Assembly: GCF_037042905.1 (NCBI RefSeq)
Contig: NC_087249.1
Coordinates: 9,550,001-9,614,000 of the forward strand
Source: Lytechinus pictus
Taxonomy: Eukaryota
Direction of reading: 5' to 3'
Length of the DNA: 64,000 nucleotides
The translations under genes were made by a program, and so were the position numbers. Under the pieces are notes generated by a model, which had not been told where the DNA came from, did no database searches, and was given only the letters and a program-made list of their open reading frames with translations. Below, piece after piece: positions 1 through 11,604 of this stretch; within the stretch, counting starts at the first letter, position 1; every line of letters starts with the position of its first letter.

Positions 1-191
1 AAAGCAGGGCCCTAGATCAGCTATTTACAATTTATGGTATTGGTCATTGGTTTACCAGATGATTTGTAGTTGAAATTCATTGAGCAATTAATTTCATCTT
101 TATTGCTACAAGGCCCTAACCTTACATTTATTGACAATTTGTAATCTATTTAACATAACAACTCAAACTATTTCTAATTCTTTTCAACCAG

Positions 192-254
192 CCTTCAAAT
201 CCAGATTTGGTACTTTCAAGGGATGTTTACATGTACAGAGCGTATGCTGCTGCG
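192..254 (+). CDS. COPE: COPE exon ([21 protein letters not shown])
   Basis: ccag| acceptor, |gtaagt donor, 63 bp. Confidence 0.9.
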
Positions 255-3200
255 GTAAGTTCTTATTGTTTTTTTCATTGTAAAGAAGATGTAGCCTATA
301 TGGCATCCATGTTTAACTGTGGTCGTCCAGGAGTTCTCTGGGCCCCGTCTTACAAAGAGTTGTGATTGATCCGATCAATTGCAACTATGGACGGCCAGCA
401 ACGTCAAGATGTATTATGCATGTTTGTTCAAAATATTTTCTAGCTATGATGTATATTCATGCATTAATTGTTTTCTTAAAAATTCACTGTGCTTCTCTTT
501 GTTACAAAGGACATTGTGCAAATTTCCTGTAGAATTTTTTTTGACACTGATAGATTTCCATAGAGTTACGATTGAGTGGATCAATCGTAACTCTTTGTAT
601 GATGGGGCCCATAAGTGTAGTCCTGTGTAAACGTGTAGTAGTGTATGTTTTTTAAATATTTCAATGTCATGATATACTGTAAACCTGGGCATTGTAAATA
701 TCAGTTATCACAAATATATCATAATAATAATAACAAGAATAGATCATGTATATACATGTACCAGCATTGTCAGGTAACTTATCTGCTTGGATCATGTGTT
801 TGTCATTATTAGAAATATGCAGATCCTTGAAGGTACATGTAAGAGAACGGAGGATAAAAGACGTAATTGATGGTGTAAAACTGTAAAAAAAAATACAAAT
901 ACAATCTTGTTTATTGCAGATGAAATCTTATTTGCTACTTATAGAGATTTTACCAAAAATCAATTCTGTTTCCATACGGATGCAATAGGTCTACTAGTAT
1001 TAAAATATTTGTAGTTTTAAATCTAGGGTTGGAGTTGGTCATTCTATTTAGTGTGTGGAATTTACAGCGGAGCAATTGTCGCCAGAGCAAATGTCATGGA
1101 ACCCACCTGTCGTGCATAACATTGTGTGTAACTTGTACAAATAGCTTTATGGAATGACCAAGTAGGAATGAAAATCTAGTCAGATAGGAAGTATGTACAC
1201 ATGGCTGTGCATTCTACTGTATAAACCAGGAAGAAACCTTGTGAATTTATTATTGTACCTTAATTTCTGACTACATTTTATTATGATATCACCCCCCCCC
1301 TTATGTTAATTTTTCTATTTATTATATCATAGGGTCGATATGGAGTGGTTTTGGATGAGTTGTCGAGTGCTTCATCACCAGAGCTAAATGCCGTACGCCT
1401 CTTTGCTGATTACCTTGCCAACCCTGATAAGAGGTAATGTGGATATACCTCTTAATAATCCATTGATGACCGAATTCTGTCCTTCTCATTTGCTCTGTAC
1501 AAGGACCAATCATGTCCATTTATAGTCAACAGCTTACAGATAAAGTTTAGTTCAGGCTCTTATTTTATGAATGTTGTTATCAATGACAAATGCATTTTTC
1601 TATTATCCAATCAGATGCCATGTTCTCGGTAGCTTGTAACAGTTAATATATAACAGGTTTTATGGAAAATATCTGGTTGAGTTTAGATATATTTGTCTGA
1701 ATATATTTGGATTTGAAAAAATATGTTGAAGACTACTGGCTCAGTATTCTGTTTCGGGAGATGACCAAGTGGTCTACATGTATCATTTTCTTCACTAGAA
1801 GATAGGTTCTTAACATAAATGATGTCACAGATAGGTAAAATACCCAAACAGGACCACAGTTCCTTTTGTGGTATAGGGATAGTCAACCTGTTCGCAATTT
1901 CCAATTTCTAAGGGAAGTTAACAATGTATTGTTTCTGTGAATGGCTAGTATTTTTTGTATTTCATTTTTTGATTTAAAACATGTTTACATTGCTTGTGAC
2001 CTTTGACCTCAATGACTTTTGACCTCTGTATGACCTTTCACCTATGTAGAGACAAGGTTGTATCTGAATTGGAGAGTAAGATGAGCAGCAGTGTGGATGC
2101 TAACAGTGATACCTTTCTACTAATGGCCGGATCTATCTACTACCATGAACAGGTCAGTAAACCCATTTTTTACCATAATAGATCTTTCGCATTGACTTCA
2201 TTGCACCGCCATCCTAGAGGCTGAAGCCATTGTCTTGCATGTGATTGTGATCTTCAGCTGGCGCATCTCTGACAACTCCAGTGCGTATTCCTATAATCCT
2301 CCGAGGGAGGGCGCTTTTAGATTATGACGTCATAAGGTCTATTGTCGTGAGGCTTGACATTGAACATGTAGTGTAGCAGTAAAGGTGCTATAAATTACTT
2401 TGTTTTCTCCCTACAAATCAAAATTTTTGAAAACCTGTTGGTTTTGTCTGTTTTCCTGATTTTTTTAAATGATGGCTTGGATCCAGAATTACAATAGGCC
2501 TACCTGTTATTAAAAGTAAATTGTATTGAACAGTGTACAAGCTAATAGATAAAAGTACATTGCACTTTGTTATTTCTTTGCTGAAAGTGCACTGCACTGT
2601 TACCAATTAATACACTAAATTTGTAAACGTCATGGGTGTCGATTTGTGTTGTGAATCTATTGTTCAAGGGGGATAATATATTGTTTCATCCCTCCACCCA
2701 CTTGAATAGTATGACGTCACGGTCGACACCAGTGCATGTTTCAAACAGAAGTAGTAAGAGTTGAAGCATGCAACTCTACTGCCGCCATCCAATGTCCAAA
2801 AGAAGCAACTAAAATTTCTTTCAAATTTGACTTTTTTTCTTGATTGGGATATTTTCTGTAAAGGAATTAGAGTCATATAGCCTATAATTTCTTAAATACA
2901 TGTATAGATTTTCAAAATCAAGAAATGCTATTACATTTCTAGTTTTCTACATTAAACAAGGACACATTTTCCTCATTTACTAAAGACTCATTCAACATTT
3001 TAAAGTTGCTTCCTTTTGTCTTTGGGCGGCAGTCTGTAGGTTAGACTTATTTTGAATTCGGCCAATATATCTTCTTTGATGGAAGTGATATAATATGCCA
3101 TCACCCTCACCAAGACAGCAGCAATGATTGATAATTGCTTAACTTTGCTTTATTTTTCTCCCAGAACTATGATTCAGCCCTGAGATGTTTACGGCAGTCT

Positions 3201-4590
3201 GACTCACTGGAATGGTAAGTATATATGGACCCAGGGCCCCGTCTTACAAAGAGTTGATCCAATTGATCCAATCAACCACAACTATGGAAAGCCAGCAACA
3301 TCAACATCTGTCATGCATGATTGTTCAAAATATTTTCCAATTATGATGTATATTCATTGTTTTCTTGAAAATTCAGTGTCCTTCTCTTTGTTTACATAGG
3401 ACATTGTTCAAATTTCTTGTATAAAATATTATGACAATGATGGATTTCCATACAGTTGAGGTTGATTGGATCAATCGTAACACTTTGTAAGACGTGATCC
3501 AGAAGTGTGTGTGAATCTGACAGGATGGGACTAACAAACAGAAAATAATGTGATTTCAATCAAATTTGTGTATTTTTAATTCAAATGAGTGCCAACTTAT
3601 ATATGAACAATACTTTGCTGAAAAAATCTATAACAAGATAGGAATATTGTTGGGTTAAAAATATTGACATCACTTGCGATCTATCACATTTTAATGTTTT
3701 ATAATAATTAAATCAATATTTTCATAGCAGTGAGCAGTGTGTATGAATACTGTGTCTGAATGTGTACTCATTGTACAGGAAAATTAAGTTTTACTGAAAT
3801 GGTAAAGCCACACGAGAGTTTGAGAAAAAGTATGTTACAATTGACATCATACAAGAAATCCCTTTTGATCTTCTGTAAAGGTTCATTTAATCATTTCCTA
3901 TTGTATTAAAAACAACTTTATTTTGATAAATGGTCTTTCCCTTCAAATTTCCTAGACCACAATTTCATTAATCAAAACTGTGATTTCTAATTGTTCAAAC
4001 ATAATGGCCCGAATTCACAAAGGTGGTTTTTAAAACCATCGGTTGAACCCATGGTTTATGCACATTTCCAGTATTAATTATCCTTATTTACCGTGTATAT
4101 TAAAAAATGTCCAATGCTGATGCGTGCTTTTGTCACAGTGCGCCAATTTGGCGCTTGTTGCCATGGTTAACAGACCTGCCAACCAGTACGTTTTAGCCAT
4201 ATTTAGTACGTTTTTGCAACCAAAATACGGCAGTACGATTTTTGTTTTTTTAAACTAAATCGTAATTTATTGAGACAAATAATCTCTATATGTCTCTATT
4301 TCATAAAACGTGCACAAATATGGTTATTAGATCAATGTAATTTCAGGTAACTTGTTTTTTTTTCAATCATTTTGTTCAAACCAGGGTGAAGATATACACA
4401 TGTTTTAATGTTTTTTTTTTCATCTGCAAGAGCAGTGCGCATTTTAGCTTGCATGCAGCTTGAGCGCCGCGATGAGCGAGTACGCCAAGCATTTTATTAT
4501 GAAATACACTTTTTTTTGTAAATACAGTTTTTTGTCTCACCTGCATAGCAGAGTGAGACTATAGGCGCCGCTTTTCCGACGGCGACGGCG

Positions 4591-4633
<43 letters not shown>

Positions 4634-7600
4634 CGGCGGCGACGGCGGCGTCAACACCAAATCTTAACCTGAGGTTAAGTTTTTGAAATGACAGCATAAC
4701 TTAGAAAGTATATGGACCTAGTTCATGAAACTTGGCCATAAGGTTAATCAAGTATTACTGAACATCCTGCCTGAGTTTCATGTCACATGACCAAGGTCAA
4801 AGGTCATTTAGGGTCAATGAACTTAGACCATGTTGGGGGAATCAACATCAAAATCTTAACCTAAGGTTAAGTTTTTGAAATGTCATCATAACTTAGAAAA
4901 TATATGGACCTAGTTCATGAAACTTATACATAAGGTTAATCAAGTATCACTGAACATCCTGCATGAGTTTCACATCACATGACCAAGGTCAAAGGTCATT
5001 TAGGGTCAATGAACTTTGGCCGAATTGGGGGTATCTGTTGAATTACCATCATAACTTTGAAAGTTTATGGATCTGATTCATGAAACTTGGACATAATAGT
5101 AATCAAGTATTACTGAACATCCTGTGCAAGTTTCAGGTCACATGATCAAGGTCAAAGGTCATTTAGGGTCAATGAACTTTGGCCAAATTGGGGTATTTGT
5201 TGAATTACAGCCATAAATTTGAAAGTGTGTTGGTCTAGTTCATAAAACTTGGACATAATAGTAATCAAGTATCACTGAACATCCTGTGCGAGTTTCAGGT
5301 CACATGATCAAGGTCAAAGGTCATGTAAGGTCAAAGAACTTTGGCCACGTTGGGGGTATTTGTTGAATTGCCATCATATCTCTATAAGTGTATTGGTCTA
5401 GTTCATAAAACGTGGAAATAAGAGTAACCAAGTATGAAGTATCACTGAACATCTTGTGCGAGTTATAGTAGTTTTCAAAATCAGCACTGCTGCTATATTG
5501 AATCGCGTGATGCAGGTGAGACGGCCAGAGGCATTCCACTTGTTTTATCACAGAATACAGTTTTTCATTCCCAGAGGTTGGCAGGTCTGGGTTAAGTACG
5601 CTATTTTATTCATGAGTCCACTGTTTTAACAGTGGACTCATTAATTCAAAACAGTAGACTCATGAATACCGGTGTGTTGGCTCAGTTGGTAGAACGTCCG
5701 TCTCACAACCGGGAGGTCGGGGGTTTAAACCCAGGCCGCGTCAGACCAAAAGACGTTAAAAGATGGGAGTTGCTGCTACCCTGTTTGGCGTTCAATTATT
5801 AAAGGGATAGAGCCTCGTCGATCTGGCGCTGCACAGCGGCTGCCGGGCCCACGATCAATTGGGCAAAGCAAATTTTCGGAGTATTTCATTTCATGTCTAT
5901 TTCGAACAATAAGATATGGATTTTTTTCCATCAAAATAGCGTATTTAACCATGGCAAGAGGCGTCAATTGGCGCACTGTGACAAAAGCGTGCATCAGCAT
6001 TGGACATTTTTCAACATACGCCGTAAATAAGCGTAATTTATACAGGAAATCTGCATACACCATGGGTTCAACCGATGGTTTTAAAAACCACCTTAGTGAA
6101 TTCGGGCCAATAGGTTAGAAAGCATACAATTTAAATAATGCTTTTCTTTACATTGTGTGACATGGACCTGGGTTCACAAATCATACATGTTGATTCTTTG
6201 TCCATTGGGCCCCGTCTTACAAAGAGTTACGATTAATACGATCAATCGCAACTATGGATGGCCAGCAACGTCAACATCCATTATGCATAGTTCAAAATAT
6301 TTTCTAGCTATGATGTATATTCATGCATTCATAGTTTTCTTGAAAATTCACTGTGCTTCTCTTTACATACAAAGGACATTGCACAAATTTTTTGTTTAAA
6401 AAAAATTATGACACTGATCGATTTCCATATAGTTACAATCGATCGGATCAATCGTAACTCTTTGTAAGACGGGGGCCCAGGATTAGAGATTTTTTGTTAA
6501 TCTTCTCTCTCTGTCTTTCTTTCTCCCTATTACACAGCATTGCAATGAGTGTACAATGCTACTTGAGTTTGGATAAAGTTGATCTAGCAAGGTAAGTATT
6601 GAGGGGTTTTTTGGGGGGTGGAGGGGGTCCAGTTTATCATTCATTTAAGTTCGGATTAAAAATAAAAAGTCTCAAAATTTTGTTGATATTCTGGATTTTT
6701 TTTTTTTTTTTTTTTTTTTTACAGCAGACCAAATTTTAAAGAAAATTGAGTGTGCTTAATTCAGTCAGTACCCCCACTAGCCATATTTGAGAATAGTGTA
6801 GTTGGGTTAGCCAAAAGTGAGAAGGGGTGGGGGGGCAACTCAATGCCTAAAGGCTGCAAACTAGTTCCCGTAAATTGCTATTTGTTTCTGTACAAAATGT
6901 ATTTTTGAATGAACAGGCATTGAAAAACAACCATTCTGAAAATGCAGAATTGTTTTCCTTGAGTGAGACATTATACAAATAATGAATGTTTATGAGTGCA
7001 ATGGACAGAATACTTCATGAGGTGAAAGATGAAATGATCATTCATGTTGGATCATTCATTTCATCTTTCACCGAGTGAAGTATACTGTCCATTGCACGAA
7101 TGAAAAGAACATTCATTATTTGGTTTATATGACAACTAAAAATAGATTCTTTTTCATGTGAATTTTGATGCAAAATATGCTCATACAGTGTGAGCTCGGT
7201 CTGTTAAGTATTGCGTACATACAACATGTGCGCTGCAAACATGTGTGGTGCCTGCAGTCTGGGTGCGCGCGTGCAATGGACAAAATCGTATGGATCCAAA
7301 ATTGCACGGTTGATGACATCATTGTTAAATGGACCAAATGATCGATATTGACCAACCAATCAAATGACAAGGATCTATCTAGATGTCATATAAATTATAA
7401 AGTCTATTTGTCAATATTTTGGATAGCGGGATTTACATGTACTTTGTGTAAATTATTTATTTCCTTGAAAATATGGATGCTTGTGAGTTATCACTTTTGT
7501 CTTTCTCTTTGTGCAACATGATAATATGATAACTGGTATTGTGAAGCAGATATTCCTCTGGGGGCCTTGTCATAAAGGGTTTCATAAAGGTGTCTGTATG

Positions 7601-10600
7601 GATATATCATTTAGCACAAGAAAGGATCACCAGTCGTGCGGAAAGCCATTTGTAACTTATAAACAGCTTTATAAAACACCCACCAACGCCCCGTAACACA
7701 AGGCTTAGCAATGAATAGCAAATATGAAAGAACATTTCTGATTGGCTTCTGGTCAGTATTTTTGATTAAATGCGCTTGTAACATTGATCCTGACTGGTCA
7801 GTCCATTTAGCGATTGATCGCTAAATCTTTGTGTTACGGAGCCCAGATCTAGCTTATATTACTTCCATTTTATATATAAATGTCCTCCTAATATGAACAC
7901 TTATTTTTAATTGTCTATTTATCAGGAAAGAAGTGAAGAAAATGCAGGAAAAGGATGATGACGCCACCCTTACACAGCTAGCACAAGCATGGTTTAATTT
8001 AGCAGTGGTGAGTTTATCCAAGAAGTAAATAGTTTATAGATTGTTAACCTAAATTCCATATTTAGCATTGTGCCGTGCACCTTCAGTCCAGTCGATAGTG
8101 GAATCTAGTCACCAATCTTGTCTCTTAATAGTGCTTTTAACAAGTGGGGGTGGAGTGGAGAGCATTGGGTTCTTAATTGTTTACAAAATGCTAAATAGAT
8201 ATGTTTTCAAACTCTTTCTGAACTTTTCATTTGTTGGTATATTCCTAAGATATTCTGGCAGATTGTTCCATATCATATCATTATTATCCATTACTTTTTA
8301 TTATCAGGGAGGTGAGAAGTTGCAGGATGCCTTCTACATCTTCCAGGAGCTAGCGGACAAGAACTCCTCCACCTCGCTCCTTCTCAACGGTCAAGCCTCG
8401 GCTTACATGCAGCAGAACAAGATGGAGGATGCCGAGGATATCCTCCAGGAAGCCATCAACAAGGTATGGTTTCACTGGGCTTTGCAATTGATCCAATCGA
8501 TTGCAACTATGGAAAGCCAGGGACACCATAATCCTTGTGTGTTCCATGTGTCCTCTGAATGTGATAAACACTTGTGCATGTGTCATTGTTTTTTGCAATA
8601 AATCGTTGGGTTGGTGCAAAAACGCCTTTAAATGTTTTCGCACTCCCCATCGGTGCAGAAATGCCCTTATGCGTGCTGCTAAGGTCGTTTTTGCACGCAT
8701 GCGATGTGTGAAAATGTGCTGTACTGTTGTTAGGGCGTTGCATTGACACAACAAAATGGCTCTTTATTTTGTCTGCAAAGATGCCAGGCATAAGCTGCTT
8801 GAATTCAGAATGATGATAATGCCGGCTTTAATGGTTTGATTAAATTTAACTCTTTGTATGACCTGTGCTGGCCGCACAGAAACGTAAGCACTGAACAATG
8901 CGATAACAGAGGCCTAATGCACTATTCAGATGCCCCTGTTCCAACCGGTAAAGTCTCAGTGATGCCGATTATCACAATAATGCGTTACATACATCTTGGA
9001 TTAACGTTTAACATCACAATCTGTAAGGAGGTGGCTGGGCCTACTGGTAGCGCTCTGTAAGCTATAATAACATTACTGTGCAGCTGATACACATGAATTG
9101 CTACTTGGCCTCATGCTCTTTTTGTCTTCGGTATGATTAGATTGGATTGAGTTGAACTGAATTGAATTAAATTTGAATTGAAATGAATCAAGTTAGATTT
9201 AATCAAATTGGACTGAATTTAACCACAGAATTGAAATGTAAGTTCAAATGAATGGTATTGAAATAAATTTAAATGGCTTAAACTCATTTGTGATGAAATT
9301 TTTTTCTTTTCATTATTTTTGAAACATTCAGGATAGCAACTGTCCGGAGACACTTATCAACATGATTGTACTCTCACAACATATGGGAAAAGCACCAGAG
9401 GTAAGCTATCAAGAATCAATGTGCTACATACCAAATAGGAGTAGGGGATGCTAAACACTTAAAAAATGTGTAATAGTTCTAACAATCTTATTTCGAAAGC
9501 AGGAGTTATCATAGTTTGAAATAATATCTTTTACAATAGAATATTTCAACTGAGGCCTCTTTGATTGAAAATGACTGATAGACACAAATATAGAATTATG
9601 GGATCTAGATATAGACAGGGGATGATTTCTACAGTGTATACTGGACCTTCACCCTGTCCAAGGGGCAGTGTTTTCTAATGTGTTTGTATAGAACTGGGGA
9701 AGGACAAGTCCACCCCAAAAACAATATGATTTGAATAAAAGAGAAAATCAAACAAGCATAGAGCACTGCAAAATTCCTCAAAATCGGGTGAAAAAAATAA
9801 GAAAATGACAATATTTCCAAATTTTGACTAATTTTACAAAACAGTTTTATGCACAACACAGGCAGTATGCAAATGTCACACACTATTTGTTTGTATTTTG
9901 AAACAAAATTTGTTCCCTATCTAATATATACAACACATGATTTTACTGTTCAATAAACATGTGTAAACCGCCACTGATATATTTTGTGCGATTAAGAGCC
10001 TCTTTATTATCAAATATTTGACATCTTGTATGATAAAAGATACAAAGGAAATAGTATGTGATGTCATCGACTCTTTCAGACTTGTCTATCGTCGTGTTTA
10101 CTGACTATGTCGCCTTGCCACTTGCAGTTTCAGCCAACTGAAATATCTTTTTATCCTTATCAAGGTGACCAACCGCTACCTGACACAACTGAAAGATTCA
10201 CACGCCAAACATCCATTTATAAAGGACTATTTAGAAAAGGTAAAACACCTGTTCTTGCAGTATTTTTTTCAATATTTATAATTTAGGTGCAAAAGAGTTT
10301 TCTCTGTATATAGCTACCGGTATAAACCTTCTGCAAGGTGAAAATTAGCCCAGGGGCCGGTAACACAAAGGTTAGCAATGATCGAAGAACATTTTTTTCT
10401 ACGATTGATTTCATTGAATACAATGTACAATCAATCGTAAAAATCAAGTGTATGATCAATTGCTAACCATTGTGTTACAGGGCCCTAGTCATAGCAAATT
10501 TTCAGACTGGATTGTACTAATGCAAAATGTATTATTTACCTCTTCTGTGTTAAATTCATCCTAAATCGAAGAGATTTCTTTGGTCTTTATGAGAAAGTTG

Positions 10601-10884
10601 ATTTAGGAAGAGTTCCCTACAAATTTATTAGTTAGTATGGGAATGTGAAACAGGTTTTGAGTTTAATTGACATGATGTGAATGGATAGCACACATACCCA
10701 CCAGGCAGAAAATATATATATTTTTTTTTTGGGGGGGGAGTGGGCTATTTTTACGGTTCCATGACATAAGGCGGCAAATGCTCCAAATATTCCAAGCATT
10801 TCAGTAAGTATTTCTTTCTTTTCTTTCGTTGTCTTCCAGGAAGCAGAGTTTGATCGCTTAGCAACCCAGTACGTCTCCAGCTAG
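192..10884 (+). CDS. COPE: Coatomer subunit epsilon (epsilon-COP), 5'-partial, 10 coding exons in window
   Basis: join(192..254,1333..1433,2050..2152,3165..3214,6538..6591,7926..8007,8308..8463,9332..9400,10165..10239,10840..10884). All introns are GT-AG and phases are continuous. Translation includes [111 protein letters not shown], matching epsilon-COP as I recall it. The start exon is upstream of the window. Confidence 0.97.
340..610. mobile_element. ~270-bp MITE family A (PIF/Harbinger-like), copy 1
   Basis: TIR GGGCCCCGTCTTACAAAGAGTT.../...AACTCTTTGTAxGAxGGGGCCC; closely similar copies at 3234-3500, 6207-6478, 40921-41181 (reversed) and 52417-52685. Confidence 0.85.
1333..1433 (+). CDS. 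COPE: COPE exon ([10 protein letters not shown]...[10 protein letters not shown])
   Basis: tag| acceptor, |gtaatg donor, 101 bp. Confidence 0.93.
2050..2152 (+). CDS. COPE: COPE exon ([10 protein letters not shown]...SIYYHEQ)
   Basis: tag| acceptor, |gtcagt donor; overlaps ORF 2003..2224. Confidence 0.93.
3165..3214 (+). CDS. COPE: COPE exon ([17 protein letters not shown])
   Basis: polypyrimidine tract + ccag| acceptor, |gtaagt donor. Confidence 0.93.
3234..3500. mobile_element. MITE family A copy
   Basis: same TIR and body as 340-610. Confidence 0.85.
4171..5589. mobile_element. Non-autonomous DNA element C, 14-bp TIR, 6-bp TSD, unclassified
   Basis: CAGACCTGCCAACC ... GGTTGGCAGGTCTG; TSD GGTTAA at 4165-4170 and 5590-5595. 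Confidence 0.85.
4534..5546 (+). mobile_element. Helentron/DINE-1-like non-autonomous element D with microsatellite and internal tandem array
   Basis: subterminal IR GTCTCACCTGC (4534-4544) / GCAGGTGAGAC (5512-5522), 5' hairpin, (ACGGCG)n/(GCG)n tract, 4-5 tandem units of ~160-190 bp, T-rich flanks, no TSD. Confidence 0.75.
5668..5929 (+). mobile_element. tRNA-derived SINE
   Basis: A box TGGCTCAGTTGG, B-box-like GGTTTAAACCC, then a non-tRNA body; a reverse-strand 3' fragment of the same family lies at ~33016-33138. Confidence 0.8.
6207..6478. mobile_element. MITE family A copy
   Basis: same TIR and body as 340-610. Confidence 0.85.
6538..6591 (+). CDS. COPE: COPE exon ([18 protein letters not shown])
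   Basis: cag| acceptor, |gtaagt donor. Confidence 0.93.
7926..8007 (+). CDS. COPE: COPE exon ([27 protein letters not shown])
   Basis: cag| acceptor, |gtgagt donor. Confidence 0.95.
8308..8463 (+). CDS. COPE: COPE exon ([18 protein letters not shown]...QEAINK)
   Basis: cag| acceptor, |gtatgg donor; inside ORF 8068..8601. Confidence 0.96.
9332..9400 (+). CDS. COPE: COPE exon ([23 protein letters not shown])
   Basis: cag| acceptor, |gtaagc donor. Confidence 0.95.
10165..10239 (+). CDS. COPE: COPE exon ([25 protein letters not shown])
   Basis: aag| acceptor, |gtaaaa donor. Confidence 0.93.
10840..10884 (+). CDS. COPE: COPE terminal coding exon ([14 protein letters not shown])
   Basis: polypyrimidine tract + ccag| acceptor; TAG stop at 10882-10884. 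Confidence 0.93.
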   Translation, partial: EAEFDRLATQYVSS

Positions 10885-10921
10885 AGGTCGCAGTCTGTTT
10901 GTATGATGTCATTCCATGTGA

Positions 10922-10927
10922 AATAAA
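10922..10927 (+). terminator. Candidate polyadenylation signal of COPE
   Basis: AATAAA about 40 nt after the COPE stop codon. Confidence 0.5.
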
Positions 10928-11212
10928 GAACTTTATTCTCTGTAAATAGATTCATATTATGTCCCTTTCTATTTGGTATGACTTCAAGGATGAACCACGT
11001 AGGTTTATGCTCTTGGTATCATGTGGAAGGTTTAAGGTTCAAATCTGACTCGCTGCCTTTTTTGGTCATTTGGGCCAGGGCCTTGTATAAGTACATGTAA
11101 CTATGTCATGGTAACTTCAGTGGCTGTTGAGTGTTGTTACCATGGTAGTTACTATACAGAATTGGTGCAGTAGTTCACTTTATGCATCAGGGTCTTGTTA
11201 TGTTCCTATTAA

Positions 11213-11604
11213 AGGTAAAAGACAGTAGTTGCAGCAAAGAATTATTTCACGAGAAAGTCTTTTAAATCAAGGTTAATTGTCAAAATATTATCATACATCT
11301 AGATCTGGTACATTAATGTAAACTTATCTTTGTAAAATCGTGAAATCTTAGCTCAAAATCGATAATGATGATCACTAATACGGAAACGCATATGTAGGAC
11401 AATGTATAAATATTGTTTCAAAAAAATACCCGACATTTGATGGAATTCTGTGCTTGTTTTGCTAATTTCTCAGCAATTACGCATTTTCTTCCGGAGCTAT
11501 TTGGCACATATTTTTTTACTTATACATACAAACACTTTGGTGGTAATTTCATTGGTGTCCGTTAGAATTCATTTTGAGATCGTCACCACAACTGGTATTT
11601 ATCT
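11213..11604. mobile_element. TTAA-flanked (Kolobok-like) MITE
   Basis: TTAA|AGGTAAAAGACAGTAGTTG ... CAACTGGTATTTATCT|TTAA. Confidence 0.65.

Larger units (their letters stand above)
4006..6108. mobile_element. Palindromic Harbinger-like MITE B interrupted by nested insertions
   Basis: long TIR GGCCCGAATTCAC.AAGGTGGTTTTTAAAACCATCGGTTGAACCCATGG... mirrored at 5935-6108; 3-bp TSD AAT (4003-4005, 6109-6111). Confidence 0.88.

Noticed and set aside
379..630. Recurring short ORFs (379, 6157, 52403) with similar peptides
   Set aside because: They are chance translations of MITE family A copies, in differing frames.
4497..4697. Poly-alanine ORF
   Set aside because: It is the translation of the GCG microsatellite inside a non-autonomous element.
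5668..5742. tRNA gene
   Set aside because: The B box is degenerate, there is no clean acceptor stem, and it continues into a repeated SINE body. The heads at 15228, 37439 and 45575 are rejected for the same reasons.
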